Positions 9,171 to 17,619 of a stretch of 48,197 nucleotides of DNA are shown piece after piece. The translations under genes were made by a program, and so were the position numbers. The notes below the pieces were generated by a model. It was not told the DNA's origin. It did not search any database and worked only from the letters and a program-made list of their open reading frames with translations. Within the stretch, counting starts at the first letter, position 1, and the number at the start of each line of letters is the position of its first letter. The DNA is from a virus (taxonomy: Duplodnaviria > Caudoviricetes): positions 1-48,197 of the IMG/VR virus record IMGVR_UViG_3300044630_000989, one strand, 5' to 3'.

Positions 9171-9542
9171 TTAGTTCAGTAATTCCCAAGATATTGTAGC
9201 CTCTGACCATACAAAAATGCCATTCTCTATGCCTGGAAACGCTATTGGAGGCTCCCAAAGACAGGTTTCTTCGTTCAAAACCCAAGAATTATACGGTTTA
9301 GGAGGAATGAAGGCATCGCGGGATTCGTCATAAGTCCCGCCTATTTCGGCATAATTTTTTCTGAAAGGGGTGCCACCGTTACGATGAACGCCACCTGCTG
9401 TGTTATAGGAAGTTTTTACCCATCTTCCTCCTAAGTTATCAAGTAGCCATTGATAGCCCTCGTCCCCATTAGGGTCGTTATTATCACCAACGGTGACCTG
9501 TAAGACTTGATTATTTTGATCTAATTCTGCCCAATGAGCCAT
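9171..9542 (-). CDS. Fibre-associated protein (MAHWAEL / KTSYN / RKNYA type)
   Basis: Directly follows the Gly-rich fibre gene with overlapping stop/start; motifs RKNYA.IG.TYD..RDAFIPP. Confidence 0.6.
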   Translation of the reverse strand: MAHWAELDQNNQVLQVTVGDNNDPNGDEGYQWLLDNLGGRWVKTSYNTAGGVHRNGGTPFRKNYAEIGGTYDESRDAFIPPKPYNSWVLNEETCLWEPPIAFPGIENGIFVWSEATISWELLN

Positions 9543-10396
9543 TATGCAGTCGCTCCTGTTTTCAAATAACGGACAATGACAATTCCTGAACCACCGCCAC
9601 CAGCACCACCGCCTTGAGCAGCGCCACCACCGCCGCCGCCGCCTGTGTTGGCAGTTCCAGCAGCGCCACCACCTAAATATCTACCCGCTCCAGAACCGCC
9701 ACCTCCTGCGCCTCCAGCGGGTCTCTGCGCTGGATTACTGTTGTCTCCGCCACCGCCGCCACCTGCGTAATAACCAGCAACACCAGTTGATGTTGCACTT
9801 GCCCAATCACTAAAAGCATTTGTACCAGCACCACCGCCGCCTCCGCGAGCAACATTGGAGCCTACACTTCCGCCGCCACCCACTTTTCCGCCGCCACCAG
9901 AAGCGCAAGAGCCGTTATTACCGTCTGTAGAACCACCACTTTGTCCTTGTCCTGATGTACCAGCACCGCCGCCGCCACCCGAACTACCGCCGCCGCCGCC
10001 TGAACCGCCACTTCCACCAGAAGAAGCAAATCCACCACCATTACCACCGCGGGTTGGCGCGATTGAATTAAAACTAGAGTTGCTTCCACCGCCTCCAACG
10101 ACAATCGAATATGTTGCTGGGGCGAGTGATGTAGAACCACTTAATAGACCACCAGCACCACCGCCGCCAGTTGAATATGCACCGCCACCGCCGCTACCAC
10201 CACCAGAAACAACCATATATTCAATGGATAGTGGAGCAGCACTTACAACTAAATTACCATTAGCAGTAAATGTTCTATAGAAATAAGAAGCATCGCTCGC
10301 AGAAGTTCCACCAGTTACAACGGATTTGGGTGCGCCAGTACCAAAACCAAAACCTCTGGCACCGCCACCCGCTAATGAACTGATAACAGGACTCAT
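9542..10396 (-). CDS. Glycine-rich fibre protein
   Basis: Poly-Gly runs, YYAGGGGG, ANTGGGGGG and C-terminal GGSGIVIVRY. Confidence 0.8.
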   Translation of the reverse strand: MSPVISSLAGGGARGFGFGTGAPKSVVTGGTSASDASYFYRTFTANGNLVVSAAPLSIEYMVVSGGGSGGGGAYSTGGGGAGGLLSGSTSLAPATYSIVVGGGGSNSSFNSIAPTRGGNGGGFASSGGSGGSGGGGGSSGGGGGAGTSGQGQSGGSTDGNNGSCASGGGGKVGGGGSVGSNVARGGGGGAGTNAFSDWASATSTGVAGYYAGGGGGGDNSNPAQRPAGGAGGGGSGAGRYLGGGAAGTANTGGGGGGGAAQGGGAGGGGSGIVIVRYLKTGATA

Positions 10397-10406
10397 TATT
10401 TACTCC

Positions 10407-11444
10407 TTATGCGAATTTAGTTTGTGATTCAAGAACGGTAAATGTAGCCGATGCTGTCTTGATAATAGTAAACGAGTAAACATCGATCGCACTTGCATTG
10501 CCGCCAGTAATCGCAGAAGGAACCTTTGGTGTTACGGTCGTTCCATCAATTTGAATAACATTTGGATAATATGCCGTAGTACCGTTTGTATTCATCCATA
10601 CAACAGTAATTGCATCGCCAACTGCAAGTGCTGTGTTTAGAGAAACGCTGCTGCTGTAGCGGATGTTGAGAGTATGGTTTGCTGATGCGTTAGTTGTGTA
10701 ATACCAAATCGAGGCAGTATCTACCTCAAGGTTAATTGTTCCAGTTGCGGCTGCCGCGACAACATTTACATCTTCTTCAAGACCTCTTACAACTCCATCT
10801 TTGAAAGTTGCTGTATTGATAGTAGGAGAAGTCAAAGTCTTATTTGTAAGAGTTTCTGAGCCAGCCAATGAAACGACATCAGCATCAGAGATAGCAGTAT
10901 TCAACTCAGCAAGTGTGGCTGTTACTGTATTTGTTGCAAGGCTAATTGACTTATTTGTAAATGTGTTTGTAGATGATGCTGAAACCGTTATGTCACCTGT
11001 TAGAGCAACTGTACCTGTTGAATCGGGGAATGTGATTGTGCGATCTGCTGTTGGGTCTGTAACCGTAAGGGTAGTTTCAAAATCGTTAGCAGTAGCGCCT
11101 TCAAGAATAATTGAACCGTCTGAAAGAGTAAGCCCTGAAACTACTGGGCTTGTCAAAGTCTTGTTAGTAAGAGTATTTGTTGTGTCGGTGCCGACTAAAG
11201 TTGTTGTTGCATCTGGCAAAGTGACTATGCGGTCAGCCGTTGGGTCTCCAGCGCTTAGAGTTGTCTCGAAAGAATTTGCTGTTGTGCCTTCGAAAACAAT
11301 AGCATCGTTAAAAGCAACCTGTAGTCCTGATTGCTGACCTGTAAAAGTCGCATTATTGATCACGGGTGCTTCTAATGTTTTGTTACTAAGAGTTGCTGCT
11401 GAATCTAATCCGACTCCAGCGCCACCGTTTACTAATATCGCCAT
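10407..11444 (-). CDS. Fibre / virion structural protein with TLTNKTL repeats
   Basis: Repeated TL(T/S)NKTL(T/E)(S/A)P and a duplicated EG.TAN.FETTL...DPTADR..T.PD unit. Confidence 0.75.
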   Translation of the reverse strand: MAILVNGGAGVGLDSAATLSNKTLEAPVINNATFTGQQSGLQVAFNDAIVFEGTTANSFETTLSAGDPTADRIVTLPDATTTLVGTDTTNTLTNKTLTSPVVSGLTLSDGSIILEGATANDFETTLTVTDPTADRTITFPDSTGTVALTGDITVSASSTNTFTNKSISLATNTVTATLAELNTAISDADVVSLAGSETLTNKTLTSPTINTATFKDGVVRGLEEDVNVVAAAATGTINLEVDTASIWYYTTNASANHTLNIRYSSSVSLNTALAVGDAITVVWMNTNGTTAYYPNVIQIDGTTVTPKVPSAITGGNASAIDVYSFTIIKTASATFTVLESQTKFA

Positions 11445-11773
11445 TATGCTATCTCGCTTCCAAATGCGCTAAAAGACATATCTGCACTTGATGAGTAAAT
11501 GGTTACAACATCAGAGGCATCTATAGTCAGACCGAGTGTAAGAGAAACAAAAGAATTTGCCGCTAAGGAGACATCGTAAGCAATGTAATGTTCTCCAGAG
11601 AGGGTTGCTCCGTTGGGACGAATAGCGATACGGTAGGTGCCGCTTGTTGCAGCCTGATTCGAGACGACTAAACTTGAAATGACCGTTTGGGTCGCCGATG
11701 GACAGGTATACAGCGTTGTCGCTGTCGTTGCTGATGGCTTGGACTGCCCAAGCACCTTATATGTTGTTGCCAT
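11444..11773 (-). CDS. Virion structural protein
   Basis: MATTYKVLGQ...SFSAFGSEI, beta-rich, inside the structural cluster. Confidence 0.6.
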   Translation of the reverse strand: MATTYKVLGQSKPSATTATTLYTCPSATQTVISSLVVSNQAATSGTYRIAIRPNGATLSGEHYIAYDVSLAANSFVSLTLGLTIDASDVVTIYSSSADMSFSAFGSEIA

Positions 11774-11776
11774 GCG

Positions 11777-12454
11777 TTATCCTCCGATGAGAAGCAATGG
11801 GTTTATTGTAGCGGATGCGTTATTTGTGGCTAAAGTGGCGCTGGACGATGCTGTTGCTGCATAAGCCTGAGCCGAGGAAGTAAATGTTGCTATGTCTGCT
11901 CCATCTAGTTCATAAGAAGCCGCCGTAAGAGCGGTATAGGTTGCAAAGGCAGTATCTAGGGCTGTGTAGGTTGCGAACTGAGACGGGATATACCAATACT
12001 TGCTTGAAGCAAGTATTTTGTCTGTAGTCTGATTTATTCTGGTATCGAGAGTGTCAATGTTTGCCTCAAGGACATTCCAGGTATTTTGATCAATCAACTG
12101 GACATAGTTCTCATCAAGTGTTGGACTCGGGCTTATATCAGCCAAGTCTAAACTTCCAGCGGTGGTGTATGGAATAGTAATGTCGTAAGTACGCCCGTTG
12201 GGAAATGATTCCTCGACTGAATAAACAAAAGGGTTGGGAACAACATCTGGGTCATTGGTCGCTGGTAAGGTCACAGAGAAAGCACCCGAACTCAAAGGGA
12301 CGACAACGCTTGATGGGGCAACCATCTGGTCATCTGTACCGTTACGCAAGACCTCGCCAATACTAAAGCGAATCTGACCCTCGATCGGAGTGCCTTCAAA
12401 ATCTACATAATTACCCGTTATTGTGACGGTGGTTAAATTTGGTCCGAGAGCCAT
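11777..12454 (-). CDS. Virion structural protein (fibre base-like)
   Basis: TITGNYVD..G.P..G...F and GAFSVTLPATNDPD; paralog of 12653..13198. Confidence 0.6.
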   Translation of the reverse strand: MALGPNLTTVTITGNYVDFEGTPIEGQIRFSIGEVLRNGTDDQMVAPSSVVVPLSSGAFSVTLPATNDPDVVPNPFVYSVEESFPNGRTYDITIPYTTAGSLDLADISPSPTLDENYVQLIDQNTWNVLEANIDTLDTRINQTTDKILASSKYWYIPSQFATYTALDTAFATYTALTAASYELDGADIATFTSSAQAYAATASSSATLATNNASATINPLLLIGG

Positions 12455-12651
12455 CAGGCACCAACCAAAAATAGAATTTCGAACTTTTGGGTAAGAGCGG
12501 ACTCAGCGGTGTTCTTTGATGCTAAAGCCGAAGTTTGAGCGGTATTCAGGGAGTTTGCATTTGTTGAAGCGGCGGCTGTTGCAACCTCTAAATCAGTCAA
12601 AAGAACATCATAGGTTGTTAGATCGGCTATTGGTACATACGGTTCAGCCAT
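12454..12651 (-). CDS. Small virion protein
   Basis: Start moved to ATG 12651 (MAEPYVPIAD), just after the upstream stop; ends ILFLVGA. Confidence 0.5.
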   Translation of the reverse strand: MAEPYVPIADLTTYDVLLTDLEVATAAASTNANSLNTAQTSALASKNTAESALTQKFEILFLVGA

Positions 12652-12652
12652 C

Positions 12653-13198
12653 TTAGACCCCCATAAATAAAAGAGATTTGACCGTGAATGATTCCAACTC
12701 ATTCGCTGCGGCTGTTGCCGCTGCTGCGTAAACCTGCGCGTTGGCTTCGTAATCTTCCGCATCTACAACAATCACACGGATGCCTTCTGCGGTGGTGTAG
12801 CGAGTCAATAGAGCCTGGTACTGATCAGTTGTGACATAAGATGCCGCTGTTGCTGAATCAACTGCTGGGAGTAAATCTGCGAGGTTTTGCGTGGTGTTAG
12901 CGATTGAAAGAGGAAGGGCAATTTGAAATTCACGCCCTCCCGTAAAGTTTTCTGAGATAGTGTAAATAAATGGTTGCGGCGCAACATCAGTATCGCTAGT
13001 AACTGGCAAAGTAATAGAAAACGAGCCAGTTGCATCTAAAGTTTTAACAATATGAACTGGCATAATAATTATATTTTGGGTTACTTCTTTGAGTATTGTT
13101 TGAGGTTCAAAGGTCAAAGAACCGCGCACAGGATTGCCGAGTAAATCAACATAGGTGCCTGTGATGATTGCGGTGGAAAGAGATGTTGGTAATGCCAT
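12653..13198 (-). CDS. Virion structural protein (fibre base-like)
   Basis: IITGTYVDLLGNPVRG and GSFSITLPVTSDTD; paralog of 11777..12454. Confidence 0.6.
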   Translation of the reverse strand: MALPTSLSTAIITGTYVDLLGNPVRGSLTFEPQTILKEVTQNIIIMPVHIVKTLDATGSFSITLPVTSDTDVAPQPFIYTISENFTGGREFQIALPLSIANTTQNLADLLPAVDSATAASYVTTDQYQALLTRYTTAEGIRVIVVDAEDYEANAQVYAAAATAAANELESFTVKSLLFMGV

Positions 13199-13201
13199 GG
13201 T

Positions 13202-13474
13202 TTATGCGCCTTGGCGTATTACATTCACAGTTTGTGTTGCGCTACCGATTGCGAAAAGTTTTTCTCCATCTTGCATTTCGATAGAAAAAGTTGCCCCTGC
13301 TACAAGTTCAAAGCCATAGACGGATGTAGTGACACCTTCGCCACCTAGATAGACCGTAGACCCTCCTTCTGGATTCTGGACTGAAACAGTCTGACCATCT
13401 TTTCCAGCATAGTTAGAAGAAATTTGTGTCGCTGTACTGCTAGTAACTGTTACTCGTTGATGAGAAATTGCCAT
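13202..13474 (-). CDS. Small virion/decoration protein
   Basis: 90 aa, beta-rich, VQNP...TVYLGG..VT...YGF; RBS AAGGGAG. Confidence 0.55.
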   Translation of the reverse strand: MAISHQRVTVTSSTATQISSNYAGKDGQTVSVQNPEGGSTVYLGGEGVTTSVYGFELVAGATFSIEMQDGEKLFAIGSATQTVNVIRQGA

Positions 13475-13486
13475 GATGCTCCCTTA

Positions 13487-13527
13487 GAAAAAAAGAGGGT
13501 GACTCATTTTACTGAATCACCCCCCTT
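13487..13527 (-). terminator. Rho-independent terminator
   Basis: Minus strand gggtgattca-gtaaaa-tgagtcaccc followed by a T run. Confidence 0.7.
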
Positions 13528-13531
13528 TGGA

Positions 13532-13753
13532 TTACTTGGAGGCGACTGTTTTCTTCGCCGTTGGTTTTTCAACTACTTCAACCTCTGGCTCGGCTTTTGC
13601 CTCTACCTTTGGTTTTACTACTTCATCAAGAATCTTGATGTAGCGGCTGCGGTTTAGAGCCTTTGCGTGTTTCCATCCCTTGACATCAATGATGTCTCCA
13701 GATTTTAACAGGCGACCATCCACGACCATAGTTTTAAGAATTTCTGCTTTCAT
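13532..13753 (-). CDS. Hypothetical protein
   Basis: 73 aa ORF in the head operon with a Lys/Glu/Pro-rich tail. Confidence 0.55.
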   Translation of the reverse strand: MKAEILKTMVVDGRLLKSGDIIDVKGWKHAKALNRSRYIKILDEVVKPKVEAKAEPEVEVVEKPTAKKTVASK

Positions 13754-13754
13754 A

Positions 13755-14099
13755 TTACGCAGTCATGTCAATCCATACATAAGAGAATGTACGGGCTGTG
13801 TCATTGATCGCTGATGCTGTTGGATTGTAAAGATAAATTGAAACTGTGTCTGCTGCTGAGACAGCCGCTCCACAGAAAATCAAATCATCATTTAGGTCTG
13901 ATGGTGGGTTTACGATAATGATGTCAGTTGTCTTGGCACCTGTGAGGGTGAAAGTAACTGAACCGCGAGTTGTTGCTGCGATTGAAGCAGGGTCTACTGA
14001 TGCTGTACCAAAATCTAGTCCATACACCATGTCGCCAGTTGAACCTTGAATAGCACCAACTGAAACTTCACCGCGAGAAATACGATTTACTTGAGGCAT
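13755..14099 (-). CDS. Putative capsid decoration protein
   Basis: Directly after the major capsid gene; beta-rich, V.AADTV.I.LYNPT motif. Confidence 0.55.
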   Translation of the reverse strand: MPQVNRISRGEVSVGAIQGSTGDMVYGLDFGTASVDPASIAATTRGSVTFTLTGAKTTDIIIVNPPSDLNDDLIFCGAAVSAADTVSIYLYNPTASAINDTARTFSYVWIDMTA

Positions 14100-14115
14100 T
14101 TATTTTCCTTTTCTA

Positions 14116-14152
14116 AGAAAGAAGGGGAGAGCCTTTTCAGACCCTCCCCTTC
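14116..14152 (-). terminator. Rho-independent terminator after the major capsid gene
   Basis: Minus strand gaaggggagggtc-tgaaaa-ggctctccccttc followed by tttctt. Confidence 0.75.
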
Positions 14153-14163
14153 ACTCAACTTAA

Positions 14164-15141
14164 TTAAGCAACGATTGTGTTCCAGAAGTAACCGAGGTCT
14201 GCTCCGATTACCTTGTTATCAAATGCCATTTCCGCTTCGATGCGGTCTGACTTGATTGACTCCATACGGAACTGTGAAGTTCCGATTGTCTGTCCGAGAC
14301 CACCTGAAACACCTGTCCAAGCGAATGTGTAACCCGCTGAAGGTGTAAGAAGTCCTGGATTTGGAGCAACATGTGTAAGGAGTGCGCCCTTGCCAAAAGC
14401 AAAGCCGTAAGCCTCAGATGCACCTTCGTTGTTAGTAGCCTTTACAGCCTTTGCAACCATTACGCGTGGGATGTCGAACATCGCTGCAAGCATATCGGTT
14501 GTGATTGTCTGTGAAGATGTGTACTTGATACGGTCTACAAGGTCTGGGTGATTCTTGAGAGCCTTGAATACATCGTATCCGAGAACGAGTGTGTTTGCTT
14601 CCATTCCTGTGTTTCCAAGAATTTCTGCCTTTCCTGCTTCGAGATCAGCGATTGGGTCTGATGATGCGTAATCTGACCAATGCTTTGTCTCACCTGATGA
14701 TGGAGCGCCAGCAACACCAGTTACATCGTCTGCCCATACGCCTGTTGTGAAGAAGTCAGTTACGAACTGAAGTTCACGGCGAAGCATTAGACGGCGTGTA
14801 ACGAACTCTGTTGCCTCACGGAGAGGGTTCAAAGGTGAGTCTGCGTTAGCAAGTGTCTGATCATCTACATCCTTGTGGAACGCCCAGACATCTGCTGAGT
14901 ATGTTCCAGTTGAAAGGTTGTAACCTCCACCAGCAGATTCAGTTCCAGGTGCGCGGCGCTGAGCCTCATCACGGAACCAATCGTTCTTGGTGTAAGTGAA
15001 GTATTTGTCAGACTTCTTATCCACAGGAATTACTGGGAATACCTTATCTGCAATGAAGTTGTCCTGATTCTGCAAGTAACCAACAGAAATGTTGGTAAGG
15101 ATTGCATCAATGTGGACTGAATTGATATTTGGCTGTGGCAT
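14164..15141 (-). CDS. Major capsid protein
   Basis: 325 aa; HIDAILTNISVGY...FIADKVFP.IPV and WSDYASSDPIAD...NTLVLG; synteny; strong terminator downstream. Confidence 0.9.
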   Translation of the reverse strand: MPQPNINSVHIDAILTNISVGYLQNQDNFIADKVFPVIPVDKKSDKYFTYTKNDWFRDEAQRRAPGTESAGGGYNLSTGTYSADVWAFHKDVDDQTLANADSPLNPLREATEFVTRRLMLRRELQFVTDFFTTGVWADDVTGVAGAPSSGETKHWSDYASSDPIADLEAGKAEILGNTGMEANTLVLGYDVFKALKNHPDLVDRIKYTSSQTITTDMLAAMFDIPRVMVAKAVKATNNEGASEAYGFAFGKGALLTHVAPNPGLLTPSAGYTFAWTGVSGGLGQTIGTSQFRMESIKSDRIEAEMAFDNKVIGADLGYFWNTIVA

Positions 15142-15156
15142 TTTTAGTTATCCCCC

Positions 15157-15552
15157 TTATGCCGCTCTGCCTGGATTAGCGCAGTTTACGACTGCTGTGA
15201 CGATGTTTCCATCTGCCGCAGATTCAGTTAGTAGTGTTCCGACAACATACTTTGTTGTATCTGTTCCAGCAACAAGAGCAACTGCCTTACCTGCTGATGA
15301 TGTACCAACAAGTGCGCCTTCGCCGATAGCGGCTCCAGCAACAATCTTTGTTCCTCCGACAATAAGCACTTCTGCTTCCTGTCCTGAAGTTGGAGCGTTC
15401 TGAAGGACTCCAACAGGAATATCAGTTGCGGCTGCTGCCGCTACTGCCTGTCCTGATGAATCCAACTTGACGAATGTGTACTGCTTAGCGGAAAGGTCGG
15501 CACCTGCAACGAGGGTGACCTTTACCGAGTAATTACTGATTTCGTATGCCAT
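15157..15552 (-). CDS. Capsid cement / decoration protein (DUF2190-like)
   Basis: AGADLS..QY.FV, GVLQN.P and AGAAI..G motifs; lies between scaffold and major capsid genes. Confidence 0.75.
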   Translation of the reverse strand: MAYEISNYSVKVTLVAGADLSAKQYTFVKLDSSGQAVAAAAATDIPVGVLQNAPTSGQEAEVLIVGGTKIVAGAAIGEGALVGTSSAGKAVALVAGTDTTKYVVGTLLTESAADGNIVTAVVNCANPGRAA

Positions 15553-15554
15553 GG

Positions 15555-16340
15555 TTATGCACCCTTTTCATTACGGTATTGGACATAAAGTTCAGGATTG
15601 GAAGATGCGGCACTAGCGAACGCTTGTTCGAATGTCTTTGCATTTCCTTCCTCAACTGCCGACTTTGCCATTGCAGTTAATCTGCCGTAAGCATCGCCTG
15701 TAGTGAAGTCTGCTGATTTCCCGATTTCAGCAAAAATGTTTGCTGATTCAGCCTGAGCATTTACAGATGTGAGGATTTCCTCTACTGACTTTGCTAGGTC
15801 TGCATCAACTGTGGACAAGCGGCGTAGCGCTGGTCCAACCTTCTCTGCATCGAGATTCAAGTTTGAAAATCCCTTTGCCTTTTCAATAGCCTCTGCATCA
15901 GCCTTGGCTTCGCGCTCCTTGCGGAGTTCTTCAGTTGCGGTTTCTGCTTGCTTCTTAAAATCTTCAATCATTTTGACGACTGACTCAGGAGCGGACTTCA
16001 TAAAGTCCTCATCTTCGGTCTTTTCTGACTTTGGTTCTTTATCCCCGTACATTTTGTCCATCTCGGACAACTTTGCTTCAAGGTCAGCAATCTTTTTCAT
16101 TGCTTCTTCCAATGTCATCTCAGCCTTATCGACTTCTTCTGTAGCCAAAGGGTCTTTTTCATCCTGCATATCTTTAGGCATGGATTCCTCCTTGGTAAGC
16201 GTTTCGTCCAAGACTCTCTGAACTTCAGATTCATCGGCTGATTTCATAACCAACCAACCTTCATGTAGATGTGCAGGGTGATCTACCCCCGAGGTTTCCT
16301 CAATGACTAAATTTGCCATTTTGCGAGTACGAGCCAACAT
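15555..16340 (-). CDS. Capsid scaffolding protein
   Basis: Acidic coiled-coil; N-terminal EETSGVDHPA; many [VIM]-x-K-[SA] sites; C-terminal NPELYVQY. Confidence 0.75.
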   Translation of the reverse strand: MLARTRKMANLVIEETSGVDHPAHLHEGWLVMKSADESEVQRVLDETLTKEESMPKDMQDEKDPLATEEVDKAEMTLEEAMKKIADLEAKLSEMDKMYGDKEPKSEKTEDEDFMKSAPESVVKMIEDFKKQAETATEELRKEREAKADAEAIEKAKGFSNLNLDAEKVGPALRRLSTVDADLAKSVEEILTSVNAQAESANIFAEIGKSADFTTGDAYGRLTAMAKSAVEEGNAKTFEQAFASAASSNPELYVQYRNEKGA

Positions 16341-16440
16341 TCACTCCTAACGAAAAGTGCCTACCTAATCCAGTATGGACTGGTAGATAAACACGGGTCT
16401 TGACAAGTATAAGAATAACACAGGTGTAATTTCACCCTTT

Positions 16441-16707
16441 TTAAGAAGAAATCAGAATCCTCAAATTGACGATGGCGGCGATCAAATCTTCATAGGCAAC
16501 CATCGAAAAGGGTTGTTCGTTCTGCCAGAATCGGGCAACTCTGAAATGGTAATCGCCCTCGGTCATCTTGCTCCAGACAAAAAACGCCTGAGAATCGTGG
16601 GGTAATTGAACTGCTAATCCAGCGAATCCTGGGGTAGTTGCAACGGTAGCAACCTCAAAGCCCATTGATTTAATGATGCCAAAAGTGTCGTCAATAACGG
16701 TGTTCAT
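16441..16707 (-). CDS. Hypothetical protein
   Basis: 88 aa ORF with a purine-rich upstream region. Confidence 0.5.
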   Translation of the reverse strand: MNTVIDDTFGIIKSMGFEVATVATTPGFAGLAVQLPHDSQAFFVWSKMTEGDYHFRVARFWQNEQPFSMVAYEDLIAAIVNLRILISS

Positions 16708-16731
16708 TTACGCCCTTTTCCTCGGACTTCT

Positions 16732-17619
16732 CTACTTTTTTAGGGTTGAGACTTTATGACCAACTTTTGTTTCAGTTGGCTTTCCGTCACGGTACAACTG
16801 AATTAAGGCGGCTGGGTCATCTTCGGTTCCCTCAATAGAAAAACTTGAATCAGGAACATTGATTTTACCGCTTGAGATAACTCGTACTACCTTGCCCTGA
16901 GCCTTACCACCTGAAGAATTCCAAGAAACCATATCTCCGCTTTTGACTGAGACCGCTTTGTTCATAGTTGAATTTGCGGCGATATAGTCCTCGACAGCCT
17001 TGGCATCTTCACGCGATGATGCGCCAATACTAAATGCTCCCGTTTCTGACCTGCCCATTGGAGCGAGTTTTTGACCTTCATCAGCGGTTAAGCCCATTTC
17101 GTCATAGCGCATCCAATCATAAATTTCCGCTTTGAATGATTTACCTGTTGATGGATTTGTCATTTCAAAAGTCCATGCCTCGGTTACTTTTCTTTCGAAC
17201 TCATCGCCCTCAACTCTTTCACCTTTGCCAAATAACTTATCGAGAACGCCAGGAGTGGTTGTTACTGAGCCTTGCTTGCTAGTGCCTTCCACATCTCCGT
17301 ATCCAATTTTTCTTGGAGCGCCTTCCGCTGCCTCCTCATCTAACTCCGACATACTTTCGGCTATGTCTGCCAAAGAAGCACCGCCGCTACCAGCCCAGTT
17401 ACCGTGTGATGATTGGTCGTGTTCTTGGTGCTTTTTCATTGTGTCTTTCATTGAATAAGCCATCTCGCGCATAGCCTTTTCGATCATAGACTTTGCGTAA
17501 CCTTTAAGACCAGCGATTCCCTTTTCATCAACTTCTTTTTCAATCATCGCGTACTCATCGTCCTTCATGCTTTTCATAGGACCATTGCGAAGTTCTTTGA
17601 GAATCTTTTTGTCTTTCAT
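16732..17619 (-). CDS. Head-associated polyprotein: His-tagged unknown domain plus C-terminal Hva1/DUF2945-like Tudor domain
   Basis: MKKHQEHDQSSHGNWA tag; C-terminal VKSGDMVSWNSSGG..QGKV...GTEDDPA...VGHKVSTL. Confidence 0.65.
   Translation of the reverse strand: MKDKKILKELRNGPMKSMKDDEYAMIEKEVDEKGIAGLKGYAKSMIEKAMREMAYSMKDTMKKHQEHDQSSHGNWAGSGGASLADIAESMSELDEEAAEGAPRKIGYGDVEGTSKQGSVTTTPGVLDKLFGKGERVEGDEFERKVTEAWTFEMTNPSTGKSFKAEIYDWMRYDEMGLTADEGQKLAPMGRSETGAFSIGASSREDAKAVEDYIAANSTMNKAVSVKSGDMVSWNSSGGKAQGKVVRVISSGKINVPDSSFSIEGTEDDPAALIQLYRDGKPTETKVGHKVSTLKK

Noticed and set aside
9855-10280. Pro-rich plus-strand ORF
   Set aside because: Antisense of the Gly-rich fibre gene (GGN codons read as CCN).
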